From: Ophelia neglecta
Taxonomy: Eukaryota
Assembly (NCBI GenBank): GCA_965285935.1
Contig: OZ260661.1
Span: 54,312,001-54,376,000, forward strand
Direction of reading: 5' to 3'
DNA: 64,000 bases
Shown: in pieces, positions 1 to 13,100 of the stretch
Position numbering within the stretch: position 1 is the stretch's first letter
How the letters are laid out: the number at the start of each line of letters is the position of its first letter
Program-made: the position numbers and the translations under genes
Notes under the pieces: model-generated
Seen by the model: only the letters and a program-made list of their open reading frames with translations
Told to the model about the DNA's origin: nothing
Database searches by the model: none

Positions 1-119
1 GGGTTTAATCCCATAGAAAGACCTTTTTGGAAAAAGGACACACAGTGAACAATAGTGTCATCAAACTAGACCCAAAAGAGTCTTAGGCAAAAAATTGAAT
101 CTATGACCCGTACTCAGCA

Positions 120-800
120 TAGGACACCAACATAGGAAATGTTTAGAGCTGGGAGAATAACAGCATCCAACGTGCATGATGTTATAAGCAGAAAACACTG
201 GGCCAAAAAAATTAACTGGTAATATACTGGGATCTAAGTACATGTACATGTACACCCAATGGGGGCTTGATACAGAAGATGAGGCATTGTCTGCTTATCT
301 AGATTGTATGAAACCTTAGCATCGAGGGGTCGCATTAAGGAAAACAGGCCTTGTTATCTCAAAAAATATCCATTCCTAGGTGCAACCCCAGACAGTGTTA
401 GATCATATGACTGTCATCAAGACTGCTTGTTGGAAATTAAATGTCCCTACGATGTGAAAGACAAAAATCCAACAGACTACTTGAGAGACATAATCAAGTC
501 GTGTACATGGGAAAGCCTGAGCTTACTTACATGTATGTAACTAAAGTTGCCTCCAGTAAGGACTTCATGGACAACCTGGTAACCAAATGTACTCTATTCT
601 TTTTAACCATACAATGCCTGAGCTAGTAACAAGAAAAACTGAAAAATGTCTTGATTGAGCTGAAATTGGAATTTGTTTCTGTGGAAAGTCTGCACAGGGA
701 CGGATTATTGTGTGCTCAGGAGCAAATTGTTGAACAAGACAATTCCATTACTCTTGTGTTGGCATTAGCAGCAAGCCCAAAAATACTGCATGGTATTGTC
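120..800 (+). pseudogene. YqaJ-like (lambda-exonuclease family) recombinase with C-terminal PHD finger, disrupted
   Basis: Motifs FRAGRITASNVHDVI (~146-186), QWGLDTEDEA (~257-286), PFLGATPD...LLEIKCPY (ORF 304-540), then CFCGKSAQGRIIVCSGANC*TRQFHYSCVGI...WYCP with an in-frame stop. Frameshifts between blocks. Confidence 0.8.
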
Positions 801-1149
801 CATTATATATAAGAATGTCCAATGTTAATCATACAAATTGAAAATAAAAAAAATATATATGATATTCATAGTGTATAATGACAAATTAAAAGTCAGCAAC
901 CCATAAATGGTGATATCTCTAGTGACATTTTATTAGGCCTGGAATCTTTTACATAATGGTCAGTGCTCTTAGCACTTTGCTTATTATGGCTTGCTATATA
1001 ACCATATACACCAGTGGCTGTACATATCTGTTGATTTACTTTTATTGAATATGTTCAGTTGTTTTACTTTGAAAAAAAACAAAAAAAAACAATACTTTTA
1101 TTTGTTATTGTTATTAATCGAAGTTTCCTCTACTTACAAGTACACTCAC

Positions 1150-3618
1150 TTTTGTATTACTCATAAAAATGTGACTGGCCTGTCCATGGCAATATTATGA
1201 TGAAATTAATGCAGGCTGTAAATTTGTTAAAGCAGAGCATATTTTTACCATGCAGTTGGCATACTTGATCAAACTTATTGTGTATATCTCCAGCAAAAGG
1301 GCAACTTTGACTAAATGTTTCTACCTGGCGCTAGGATAATTGTTTGTGGACTTAGTGAATGATGGTATTGTCAATTCTGCACAACAATTTGCAACATCTA
1401 CACCTATCAGAAAAAGCCCCGGTCCCCAAAAACCTGATCGCCAGTCTCAATGACATCTAAAAAACTGATTTCTGTGCCGCAAGGTCTTTTAGTTTGTAAT
1501 TAAGATGAAGTTTCATGAGGGTCATTAAATTTTGATTAGTTATTGTTATACAATTAAGAGGCTTGATATTATCTTTAACAAGTTCAATTAGCCAATCAAA
1601 TATTCCTAAGCTTGGTATCCCAGTGTAAAACTGGATGAGTGCATCAGCAACTTGTTTTCCCTGATGCTGCTAATACCAAATATGCAGGACTCTAATGATT
1701 TCTTTAACTGCTCATTTTCTTTCTGAAGTCTCCCCAGTTCTTCTACCAAAGGCCTGTTTTCTTATTCCTTGGCAGCACATACCATGTTCATGGTGTAATC
1801 TTCCGTATTGACTCCTACAATTGACAAGTGTGCCTTTTTATTGTCTTGTGTCATTGAGAAATCAGTAAAGCGATACAACAAGGATCACGTAAGAAGCCCA
1901 TGAAATTACAGATGTATGTGTGTATTTCTGACCAAAGATGTGTGTATTTAAAGCTATGGAAATGAGTTGACACACACAACTATACAAACCTCTTTCAGTA
2001 AATTTGCCTTCCCTGAGTTGACAATGTCAACAATACACATGCTGCCTTTTTAACATCTTCTGCTTTCTTTCCTATCACAAGCACCTGATCACTTTTATAA
2101 TTTTCTTCTTTTGGCTCTGTCAAATCATTTTTTCATCACTGCTCTGCTTTGCATTACTTGAAGAGGTATCATGGGCAAAAATTGTTGGTCTATTACTATA
2201 GTCAGGATGTGTTGTGGCACTTGAGGGGACACCTTAATTTTAGCAAAGTTAAACATTCGATGTATAACTCTTATATGTATGGACACATGTAAATATGACA
2301 GTTCAACATAAGATTTTTCACATAGGCCATAAGGCAGTGAACTTACAGCTGTTAATTAGTGCACTAATAATGTCCACCAGGAATGGGTATGTCATTTTCC
2401 TAAATGAGCACAATGGTGTCATAAAGGATTTACAGGAATGAGCAGACCTCAGGAAGTGCTACTAGGCCTACCATCAAAGATTGCTGCAACCACAATGTAA
2501 TTTTTGTTTCATGCTCTCAGCCAGTTCAAAGTGACAATGTGCAATTTGTGACCATTTTAAACACATTCCATCCATGGTATTGCTAATTGTAACACATAAA
2601 CAGGCTAATACCATATAATCCCTTTTAGAAGCACCAGGTGCTGAGGCAACACAGCTGGGGGTGCCTCTAATAAATTACTTGCATGGGTTCAAGGTGTGGT
2701 GGGTGGTTATCTCCCTTTACCCCAGGGTAACCCCCTCCCACACAAAGGACATGCATATGGCCTGGCTTTCTCACAGGAATGGTGACTAATTAATCAACTC
2801 TTTTAAGATGTGGTCATCCTCCTGCGCTCCCTCACCCCCCCCCCCCCACATCCTCTCCCACATTAATTTGTTACCACTTAATGACCTTTCCTTCCTAAAA
2901 ATCTGTCCAGCATCATCGGACTGGGTGATTTTAAGAACAAAAATCATTGAAGATACTAGATTTTCAAGTGAGGAAAGTGACAGTGACACTGACTGCTATG
3001 ATTATGATAGCCCAGGCCATTAGAGCTGAGCCTAACCCCCTTATGTATACAATATTTTATGAACCTGTAAAAAGCCTGAAGAGGCCTATATGTTATCTGT
3101 AGATAAGTCACCTCATAGGGTTATAAAGCATGACCACAGTTGCCTGAGCTTTTGAACTTTATGTTAGGTAATTTATTTGGTATACTGGCAATACTGGCAA
3201 CAACAGGGGGGTGGGGGGGGGGGGGGGTGGTGGTGGTGCTTTTATTAGGTAGGGTGCCTCTAAAAAGGATTATAAGGTAGGTTTTATATGGTTACAATAA
3301 ACCACTAGCTGGCAGAGTACGCGCATTTCTGACGGACTTTCGATTTTTCAATAAGTGCTGCTTTCATCTTCTTGAGGGCCATAACTGCCATATGGTATTT
3401 ATTAATAGTGTATATATGTTATAAACACTGATAACCACTGATTACTAACATGCATGCAAGTGGTCACTACATGTGCGTTTAATGCGTGTCCTTTCTGGCA
3501 AGATGGTATTCACCCATTGTGCTCTGTTCTCTTTGTTCACTGGAATTCTGTATAATTTCTTGCCACAAACTTTGGTGTAACAATTGCTACATCCAAAATC
3601 AAAACAACTCGAAGGCAT
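1150..3618 (-). pseudogene. THAP-domain DDE_Tnp_4 (ISL2EU/Harbinger-like) transposase, spliced and degraded
   Basis: Exon 3618-3450 reads MPSSCFDFGCSNCYTKVCGKKLYRIPVNKENRAQWVNTILPERTRIKRTCSDHLH (THAP C2CH). The next exon from 2232 reads VPSSATTHPDYSNRPTIF (THAP tail). Downstream: IQFYTGIPSLGIFDWL, LMKLHLNYKLKDLA (HTH) and FLDVIETGDQVFGDRGF...LTIPSF (DDE). Stops, frameshifts and an internal deletion are present. Confidence 0.8.
2611..3277. mobile_element. MITE with TA target duplication (Tc1/mariner-Tc2-like ends) nested in the THAP-transposase intron
   Basis: TA|CCATATAATCCCTTTTAGAAGCACC at 2611 and GGTGCCTCTAAAAAGGATTATAAGG|TA ending at 3277 are imperfect inverted repeats. Confidence 0.6.
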
Positions 3619-3724
3619 TTTTATACAGGTCTAACACATTCGACTGCCTGTGTGTGGCACGAGTGAGTGGCAGCGAGCTTTCTCCCCTACAGCCACGTGT
3701 TTTTAATTTATGTGTGACGTCACT

Positions 3725-3888
3725 CATTCTTCCGCCAGAGGTCGTTTCCTGGCAGAGACGCATTCTTGCAAGCTGATAGCGCGCGATTCGTTGAATCTCA
3801 AACGACAAGCTGATAGCTTGGCATTCTTGCGCCAGAGGTCGTTTCTCCGTTTTTGTCAACTAAACCAACGACCTCTGGCGGAAGAATG
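3725..3888. repeat. Perfect 22-bp inverted repeat with internal direct repeats
   Basis: CATTCTTCCGCCAGAGGTCGTT (3725-3746) and AACGACCTCTGGCGGAAGAATG (3867-3888). A third GCCAGAGGTCGTTTC copy lies at ~3830-3845; TGGCAGAGACGCA and CAAGCTGATAGC each occur twice. Confidence 0.85.
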
Positions 3889-4117
3889 GCAGAGACGCAG
3901 AAAGGGCGGCATCTACTTAAGCTGTCTGCTCGCGGCTTTTATCACCAGAGATACATGAGATCACCGGCTGACCGAGCTCATCGAGACATCAGCTTCAATC
4001 TACACCAACTTCATTCCGAGGACTGCTTGCAGACATTACCTAAGCTGCTGTGTTTTGAGTTTGTTCCCGGGAATTTTTTTTTATTTTTTTTTATAAAAAA
4101 CTGAAGAAGGAGAAAAC

Positions 4118-7100
4118 ATGGCCTGCGGACATCCAAACAGGCCTTTGTCTGTGTGTAATAGTGTAGAAAACTTAATTGAATCGGTGACAAGATGCTCTGA
4201 ATGTTGTGCTACACTCCCCAAGCATCTAGGCTTTCATTGCCCACTTTGCCCTGCCCATCAATTCAAGCCCACAAGGCGAAGTTTCGTTGTATCCCATCTA
4301 CATGCTTCTCACTGGAAACATCGTGTGCACAGTCCTACAGGTAAGTGATCAATGTACTTTCATTCATTTATATATAGCTTTTTTTGTAAACACATAAATG
4401 CAAAATACTAGAATTGCTCAATTACAGTGTCAATGAGGAGGTCCCTTGCTTATGCTAGCACAGTTATTTAAGCCAAATGAAATTACAAATGTTATGTGTA
4501 AAACAGTAAAAGAAAATTGTTGCATGAGGACATGTTTTGTTATATTTTCTGAGTTCTCACCTTCAGAAAATTAAGTAAATAATTGATGTCATCACATATC
4601 TACCATTCATGATATTGCTAGTGATTTATTTATATAAATTCATAATTTCTTGTCTGTGCACACTTGTACAGAATGCCTAGATGTTGCATGTTGGGTCATG
4701 TACAGAACTTGAAAGAAGCTCTATTTGTTTTTTAAAAGCCTATATGGATTTGAGCTCTTAATGATTTTATTGGCATCGAGAAGGATCGCCAGTTAGTCTA
4801 AAAATTTTTACCAAGGTACCAAGTATTTAAATTTCAAAATCAGTTGTATCTTGAATTTAAAATTCTCTTGTGCTCTGTATCATAATTTCACTGAAAACTG
4901 TATCAAGTACCAACATTTCAAAATATGTTATTACAAGTGGTTGGCATACTAAGGAAAGCGGCTTTTAATGCGGAAAAAAATGTACAAGCATAATTGTATC
5001 AAAATTTCATACCCTTAAAAAAAGGTATTGGATTTTCAATTACCCTGTATTTATCATCAAAATTTCATTATGCCTGTAGCGCGAATTCAGGGTCTGTATT
5101 GCGAATCAAAATTTCACATAAAGCTGTATCACATATTTCAATTTACCCCTTGCAGGGCCCTTTCATGGTAACTTGTTGTTATTTATAGTGCAAATAAACA
5201 ACAAGTCTAATTGTTGCATTTGTAAGGTTATCGAGTTGAAACCTTTGGAGAAAGACCTTCTGTTCACAGGTTACCCCCTGTTACAGGCTACAAGTACCCC
5301 AATCGGGAATGATAATCAGTATTAGTAATATATCCTGTGTCTAACATTACTGCCAAAATTTACTGCTTCCACGACTATTGACAGAAGCAAATTCTTCTTA
5401 CTAGATTTTGTATTAATAATCAAATATATATATGATGGTAGTTTGTTCATCAGTTCTCATCATCATTTTATGCACCTTTTTTTTCAATCAAAACAGTATT
5501 GTAGTCCTTCTGCATACACACCTAAAGAAAAAATATTTGACTCATTCATGCAAGTTCTAAACATTGACTGTAGTGAAAAAATTTCCTGCCACAACAAGAA
5601 GTGGCAATAATCAAGTTTATCTTGATACAAGATGCACATTTCTTATCTCCTAATGGCACCAGGAGTGTCATTACCAAGTTATCTCCTGTTACACACTGAG
5701 CTTGGTGGTTATTAGCTGCTTTGAGTTCCCAATATTGCCACGCACCATGTCCCAAAGGTGGATGTTTTATGCTTTGATTTTATTCACTTTAGTCATTACA
5801 CCATACTTTGTCAATTAAAAATGTATACATGTATTATAATGTCCCTTGATTAGATCCAGTTGACAGCTGCTGCTTACTGGTGCTGTGCTTTTATCAGGAG
5901 AACTGTAAACTTAATTTGTTTATATAGAACTCACATCACAACTTTGCCAGGAAGATCACTTGATATGTAGATGACCACATTCATGTTAATTTTAGAATAT
6001 AAGAGCTATGAAGTATGCCATTGATTAAAGCTTATCACTCCACTGCCTCCCAAATCATTAATTTGATACTAAAAAAGTTCCTAAAATCTTAATTTAATCC
6101 TTGTGACAATATGGACTCTTTAGATCTTTTAACTGGCATAATCAGTTCATTTAAAGTCTATACCTTGGACCAGTCACTTCCTGTTATATCTCAGCTCTCA
6201 ACATTTGGACCTAAACTATACATGAAAATCAGTGGAACTGAAGTCTTTACCAAAAGTATTTAATAATGCTTATACTAGTATGCCATAGGAGTCTATGCTG
6301 GAACAAACATACATTTTAAAATCTGGATGGTTTTATTTGATTGGTCATGGCATCTTCACCAGGAAACACAGCCAAGAGGAAATACCCTTCCTTAAAAGTG
6401 CAAATACCAGGGGACAGTAATGCCAAGGTTTCTTTATTTGAAAAGTGACCGGGGCGTAAAGTTTAACGATTAATAAAGTTGATATTTCATGAATTATTTA
6501 AGTGTTGTTTCACTAGACTGACTTGCCACAGAGCTGAATGTTTTCACTTGGCACTTACCATGTGCACATGGCAGTAATATAATAACACATGGCTGCAGTT
6601 GTTAGCCTGGTTACAATATCACAGCCAATGAGAGGGCATCTTTATCAGTTAAGCATGCTCATCTCAGACACAACAAACCATAGATATAGAGAATACATAG
6701 ATTCGCAGCATTTCTCATTGATTTTGTATATCAATAATCATGCCCCAATATCTTTGCTGTTCAGGCGCATTAATTAGAGTATCACGACTACAAGCACATT
6801 GTATAGGCCCTATCTAATACATTTATAAATGCAAGTCGTGTTTTTTTGCGCAACGCTAATCATCAAAACAGTTATTACCTTGAATATCCTTAACATCTGG
6901 TCATTATTTAGGGAGGTGGGCTGAGACTTATGGCACCCAAAGATTGGGGGGGGGGGGGGAGGTCAGAGATTCGTGGCAAGTGAAAATGGAGGGGTGGAGG
7001 GGGGTTTATAAAATAAACCCTGACAACCTGCCCCGAACACCACCCCCATTCAGTTCAGATTTTCCATGGTGATCAAATATTATATCATGGTATCTCTAGT

Positions 7101-10100
7101 GTGACTGGTATATGAATATTCTATGTACAGTCCACATGTAGTAAACTAGTGATCTCCCAGCGGTACATTTATGAGTAAAGTCCCTTTTTTGCTGTGAAAC
7201 CCAGACAGTGATTTAGATTGTTTATAACTGATACTTGTATGTTACGTATACATGCAGTTTCATAAAATAAAATTGTGACTTTTCCTTATGCAGGTATTGA
7301 CAGACACCTCTAAACTTAAAAGACATTTTTTATATGCATTTCTGTTCTATATTCTTTTAAGGTTCATGTTCGGTGATATGTCATTTACCCCATGAAAACA
7401 TCGAAGGGCCGCATTACCACTGTGCTGTCTGTCTGAAGCCAATGCGCCGGAAAAATGATGTTTGTAGGCACATGGCAAAATGTTCTGGGTAAGTATTCTG
7501 TATCTAGATTATAAATGTACAGTGAAACCTGGAAATTATGGACAGGCAAGGGACTGTCTTTAAGTGCCCTGTTTTCTAAGGTGCCCCTAATTTCAAGGTT
7601 CTTTTACTTATAAAACGAAATGTTGGGTCCTAATGTGGCTGTCCCTAATTATCAGGTGTAATTTTTGTTTTTCCTTCAAAATTTGTGGTCAAGAGCACTG
7701 GCAATGAGAGAATACATGAAAAGATTTTGGCCCTCATTCAGAAAATAATTTGGCCAACACCAACTTTGAAATTATTTTCTTACATCTGGAAAGTAATTAA
7801 TTTAATTCCTTAAAATCCTTCTTTTTTTTCATTTATGTAGAACTGATCAGGAAGTTGTACCACCTGTTACTCAGGAAGACCGCAGTACATCAGCTGCAGG
7901 TGTTTTGCATTGCGAAGAACAACAAAGTACAGTAACTGTTGGTGTTCCCCAAGAACAAAGTATAGTTGCAGATGCTTCCATGGAAGATGGGATATCAAGG
8001 TACGTTAAATGCCTTTTATGAATGCAGACCTCTGAACCAACACATTTATCTACTTTCAGTACTGTGGGCCAGTATAAAGGCCAAAATGTCATCAAGTATA
8101 GCTATTCCATTTTAAAATGTGATGGGGGAGAGGGGGCATAAGCAATTTCATCTCAGGTCTAAATTTTATACATGGTGACTTCATTGTAAGACTACTTATT
8201 AAACAAAGGGTTAAAGTTGTATCCACTGGATATATGTTTTGAAATTTTCAAGATTGTACTGTGACCTTGCTATGGAAAGTAGGTCAATTGTATTTGTGCA
8301 ATGGAAAGACACAATAACACTGTATCAATGTACCAAATATGAGCAAAATCGCTTTATTATTTTGGAGATACAGCCTTTTAGAATATACAAAATGGCGCCC
8401 ATGCCTAGTTATAAAAAGTTGGTCAAACTTATTTTCATCAATGAAAGACACTATAATACTCTCAAAGTGTAGCCAATTTGAACACAATCGGTCCATTGAC
8501 AACTGATACTGAAGCTCCAAAATTTGCAAGATTTCATGACCTACATTTTGAAAGTTGGTCAACCAAAAATTAACCATTTTAAGACAGCCCAAGGGCTATC
8601 TTCCCACCAAAGTTCATCAAAATCTGTTTTGGAGTATATCTTGCAAATTCATTGTGGGTTGGGCAATAATCCATTGCCAGGGTGGTGTATTTTCAAACAA
8701 TTCTAATTATCATTGGGACAAGTGGGGAGTTTTGGCCAATTTATGACAAGGGGTGTTGGTGAAGAAATAATTGTCACCAGGGAGGGTGGTTCAGGTTGGG
8801 TGAAAGAAGTAACAGGCCTGACACCTCCCCCCCCCCCCCCCACATATTTAGATGGAATAGCCCTTTCAGAAACTTGTACTGAAATGGCTATAATTGCTCT
8901 TTAGATAGAAGGTACAGAACATTGTGCCCGGTGTCATCTTCAGCCCATTGTAACTGTGCAAAAAGCATGACCATCTCCATAATGTGAAGTGTTGTGCGGT
9001 CAAGATTATTTCCTGGACATATGGCTCAATTCATTGACTTATATATCTTTATTGTTCATGTTCTCCATCAATAAATTTCTCATTTTTTGGTTGATAAAGT
9101 AATGCACCAATGGAAAGGGTCATCCATATTAGTGCTCATTTTCTGTTCTTTTGCAGGTCACATAGTGTTATTGACCATCCGTACACAGCCTCAACAAGGT
9201 ACTGGCTTAAAGTAAATCAGCAAAGCAATGTTATGTGTAATGCAACAGCAAATCAGAGATTAGGGTGCGTTTCAGCAAACTATTGCAAAATGCCAACTGT
9301 TAAACATTTCTGGGTAAAGAAGAGCCACTTTATTGTTTCAGGCAGTAATGTGCCCAGTAAAGTCAAATCATTACCAATACTACTGTCTATTAAACCACAA
9401 TGTTAATGTTTTTCACTGAAATTACATCATAAATGTATTTGTTACAGGTTCTTTATGATTTCTCAATGGATGGAATGTTCAATTATAAATGTTACTGGTT
9501 TCTTTCATTTCCCAGAATTGCCACAAGTGCTGCCTTTCATTGAACTCACTCCACTATCATCTATGTTCTTGGTAATGCAATAAGAACCATGCGATTCAAA
9601 TGCAGTGCTTTCTTTTCAGAAGCACCATAAATGCTCCAGGTGATGGAAAGAAGAAATGTCCCATTTGTTTCAACTTCTATAGTCCAAAATATCTTCCCGT
9701 TCACATAAAACAGCAACATGAAATTGGAAAGAGTTCAGATATTAATGAACAAAGACACCATCATAGTGTAAAGGTCGATGGCAACCATGGAATTTTTTGT
9801 GTCGCAAAAAACCTGTGTGGCCCTTACCACCCTCTTCATGTTAGTAAAATAGCTAGTGGGCCAAATGCAGGCTGTTTTTGTGAAAGTCGCATGTGCCAAA
9901 CTGTGGAAGGTGGAGCTATAAGAGGGAACAATCTTGCTTATGAATGTCCCCATGTTCAGTCGGTCAAATATGCCATTCCAGGTGACATTATCCAATTAAG
10001 GGAATTGACATTGGAGGAGATGGTAACAGCAAACTTCATAAAGAGAGAAAGGGCTACTGAAGTTCTGGCAATGCTAAATACTGCAATTACACATGGTGTT

Positions 10101-13100
10101 CCCTTTGCTGTTTTTCTTCCAGGAAAAGAGCGGTATATTTTTCTGTCAGTTCATTGCTCATCAACAAGGTATTACAGCAAATTACAGAGGACAGTGGTGA
10201 CATATGACACCGTGTCAAAAAGTACATTTTGCCGATGTTCCCGCCAGAAACGTGGTTGCCCACACAAAGTTGTTATGAAATGGTATCTGTACCAAGAAAA
10301 GAGGGACATCCTAACAGTGGATAATGGTAATGTGGATGATGATAATGAAAGTTGGAATGATGATGAAGATGTTCATATTGAGGAACTCTGTGAACTGAGC
10401 AAAGGTACTTGTCTATATACAGTTTTTAAGGTACATTTAATCCAAAAGAAGGTGGCAGAGGCCGTTTATCAGGCTCGTCCATCTATTCAGCCAGTGTGAA
10501 AAATATTTGTCTTCTATTCTCTTGTGTAAAAAATTACACATATGGTTATTCACTTATACCACCAATTTAAATTTTCTTGCCCACCCCATTCAATTTTTGC
10601 ATTTTCTGCCCCCCCCCCCCCCCCTAACCTACTTGGAACTCCCAAATTCCTTTTTTCCAAGAACCAAAGTACTGTAAAGCACTAATTTATTCGCAGACAT
10701 TAATATTCACTTATTTCGCAAGAATGGTAAAATCGCGAAAAATTGAATGTCTGCAAAATGCAAAGAATGTAGATACTTTTAGTACTAGCACATTGAAATC
10801 AGCAAAATTAAATGTCTAAAAATTTGGCACTAGACAAAGAACAGCGAAATATGATGTCCGTGAATTATAAGGGCTTTACAGTAGTTGATACTTTTTTGTC
10901 ATGTTCCCAACCTTCAAAATTAGAATTGCTCCATTCAGCAACATAACTGTTGATGGAACAGGCCTCTGCCAAGCAGGTGTTTTGAACAAAGTGAAATTCA
11001 CTATCCTGACTCCACTAACAAACATTTCCAGGCAATTGAACAAAGTGCAGAACACACGTGCAGACAGACATACATATAAATCTGAAAAGTTCATGTAACC
11101 ATAACCAAGGCATATGAACTTTTGCTTGATTATCCTTGCTGTCGTCATGTCCAGTTATGGCCATTCATGTGTTGTAACATCCATTAATTTCTAAGGCAAT
11201 TGTTGTGGCCATTGTCTGAATATAACTCTTTCCGTGCCTAACTGCACTATCTATACTGGCCAAATGCATGTCTCTCAATTATCTTTATCAATTACTGTTT
11301 AGAGACCAATAGTCATAACTGTGTAATATGAATTGCAAAATTAATTAAACAAATCAATCAGTACTCATAAATTGTATACAATCATCATGGTTCTTTGCAA
11401 TTATTGCATGGAAATCTCCTAAATGCCATATATGTAATAAAGTGGGGCTCACATTAGAGATAAGATAGGAAGAATAACATTGCATTTCATATTATGCCAA
11501 TAACTTTGACCTTTGATGGTCATGTTGCTTTTACCTGCGCTAGGCTACTGGAGGCCCCAATCAGAGATCATTCCAGTCTTTTATTTGTAGCAATGTAGGC
11601 TGTATGATTTTATACTTATGTGATGTAATTGTTATTATCTACATTACAGCTGCTCCAGAGAACTTAACCCAATGTAGATATCCTCCAAAAGATGTCAAGG
11701 TCCTGCAAACCATGTGGATGTATTTGAAAGAGGAAAAGCAATACCCATATCAACAGCATTATGAACCTGAACGAGCAAGCACAATATCTAGGCCTGCTCA
11801 TGTAGCACCCAAGGAAACCAATTGCTACCATTGTCAATCCAGGCTGAGTGAACCACAACTTGTGTCTCGACAGGGCAAGATTGTTTTTATGAGTGAAGTT
11901 GTCACAGGTAAATATTTAACAAGTGTAAAAATTAATTGCTGGCACAGTATACTTTAATCTCTAAACTGCAGCTTCATTTACTGAGTTGCAAACACTAATT
12001 AGTTTATGGTATCTAAAAGTATACCAGATAATGACAGTCAAAAAGAGTTTATGACATGTGTCATGCCAAAACAGGTTTTGGGTAAAACCAACCCTGTAAT
12101 ACTAAGAGAGCATCATTTCTGTGGACTTGGCAGGCTCATTGATGAATCTGTGTGAGAATAATTCTCAATATTATGTCACTAATGTGATGTTTTTACTTTT
12201 TACAGGGGTTTATGTGTACGTCAAACACTGTTTGAAGTGTCGTGTACCATATCGCTACCAGGAATGGGAGGACGGTTTGCACAATCATAATGATTCCTTA
12301 TTTGTTGGCATGGATGTTTGTTTATACATCAGGGCTGGCCTAAAGGTAAGTACAGCATTTTTGAGGGGTAGATGAAATAATTCATGAATATTTGCAAATG
12401 CTAAGTCTATAATAATTTGATGTGTATAAGCATTGAGTTTTTGTAGTCAGGTATTAGACCTACCTGTAAAACCAACTGGTACATTTTATAGTATCAAATT
12501 TATCATTTTTTTTTACTTTTCAGGAGCATATTGCAATTAGCCGGAGTGTTGGGGTCCTGTGCTCATTATTGAAAACAAATTTGAATGTGCATAGTATGCA
12601 AATGGCATACCTGCTTTTTGAAAATTTATGCTCAAACACTTATGATTTCAATTGCTATTCTTGTGGTTATCACCCAACCACTATTATATGGGATGGGATA
12701 AGGAAGGCCTGTTTCAGATTTGCTGGTAATTTGTTTTCTATAAAATATATGACTGCTTGCAGTATTGCATGTGAAAATTGACGTTTATGGCGAAGCATTG
12801 TTGTTGACCTTGCTGTACATATAAAATCTGTCAGTCAATGTACTATTAAACTATAGAACAATGGCTCATATATTATCGACTGGTAAGCTTTAAATGTAGG
12901 CAAGGTCAACAAACATACTTCGTCACAAGTCTCGTGAAGCAGATTTATCAGGAACATTAGAGCTACTAAGAAATGTACTACTTTAAATAAATGAAATAAG
13001 AACATTTAATTAACTGTATGTATGTGTAGCAAAATTAGTGATTTGGAATACATCACATAGTCCTTCAACCAAATAAATCAGATAAAGGTCTTTCATCATA

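Larger units (their letters stand above)
1..3694. mobile_element. Decayed ISL2EU/PIF-Harbinger-group DNA transposon (convergent YqaJ exonuclease and THAP-DDE_Tnp_4 transposase genes); left part outside window
   Basis: Co-occurrence of a YqaJ/PHD remnant on + and a THAP/HTH/DDE_Tnp_4 remnant on - is the known ISL2EU organisation. The right terminus is uncertain; the candidate is GGCTGTAGGGGAGAA on - ending at 3694. Confidence 0.7.

Noticed and set aside
5090-5160. Segment similar (reverse complement) to 31395-31466, considered as paired TIRs of the KDZ element
   Set aside because: It lies inside KDZ intron 1, its partner lies inside another element, and they point outward. More likely independent fragments of a dispersed repeat.
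12790-12925. Imperfect hairpin (TGTTGACCTTGC / GCAAGGTCAACA) in an intron
   Set aside because: Short and degenerate; likely an old MITE remnant, with no support for an ncRNA.
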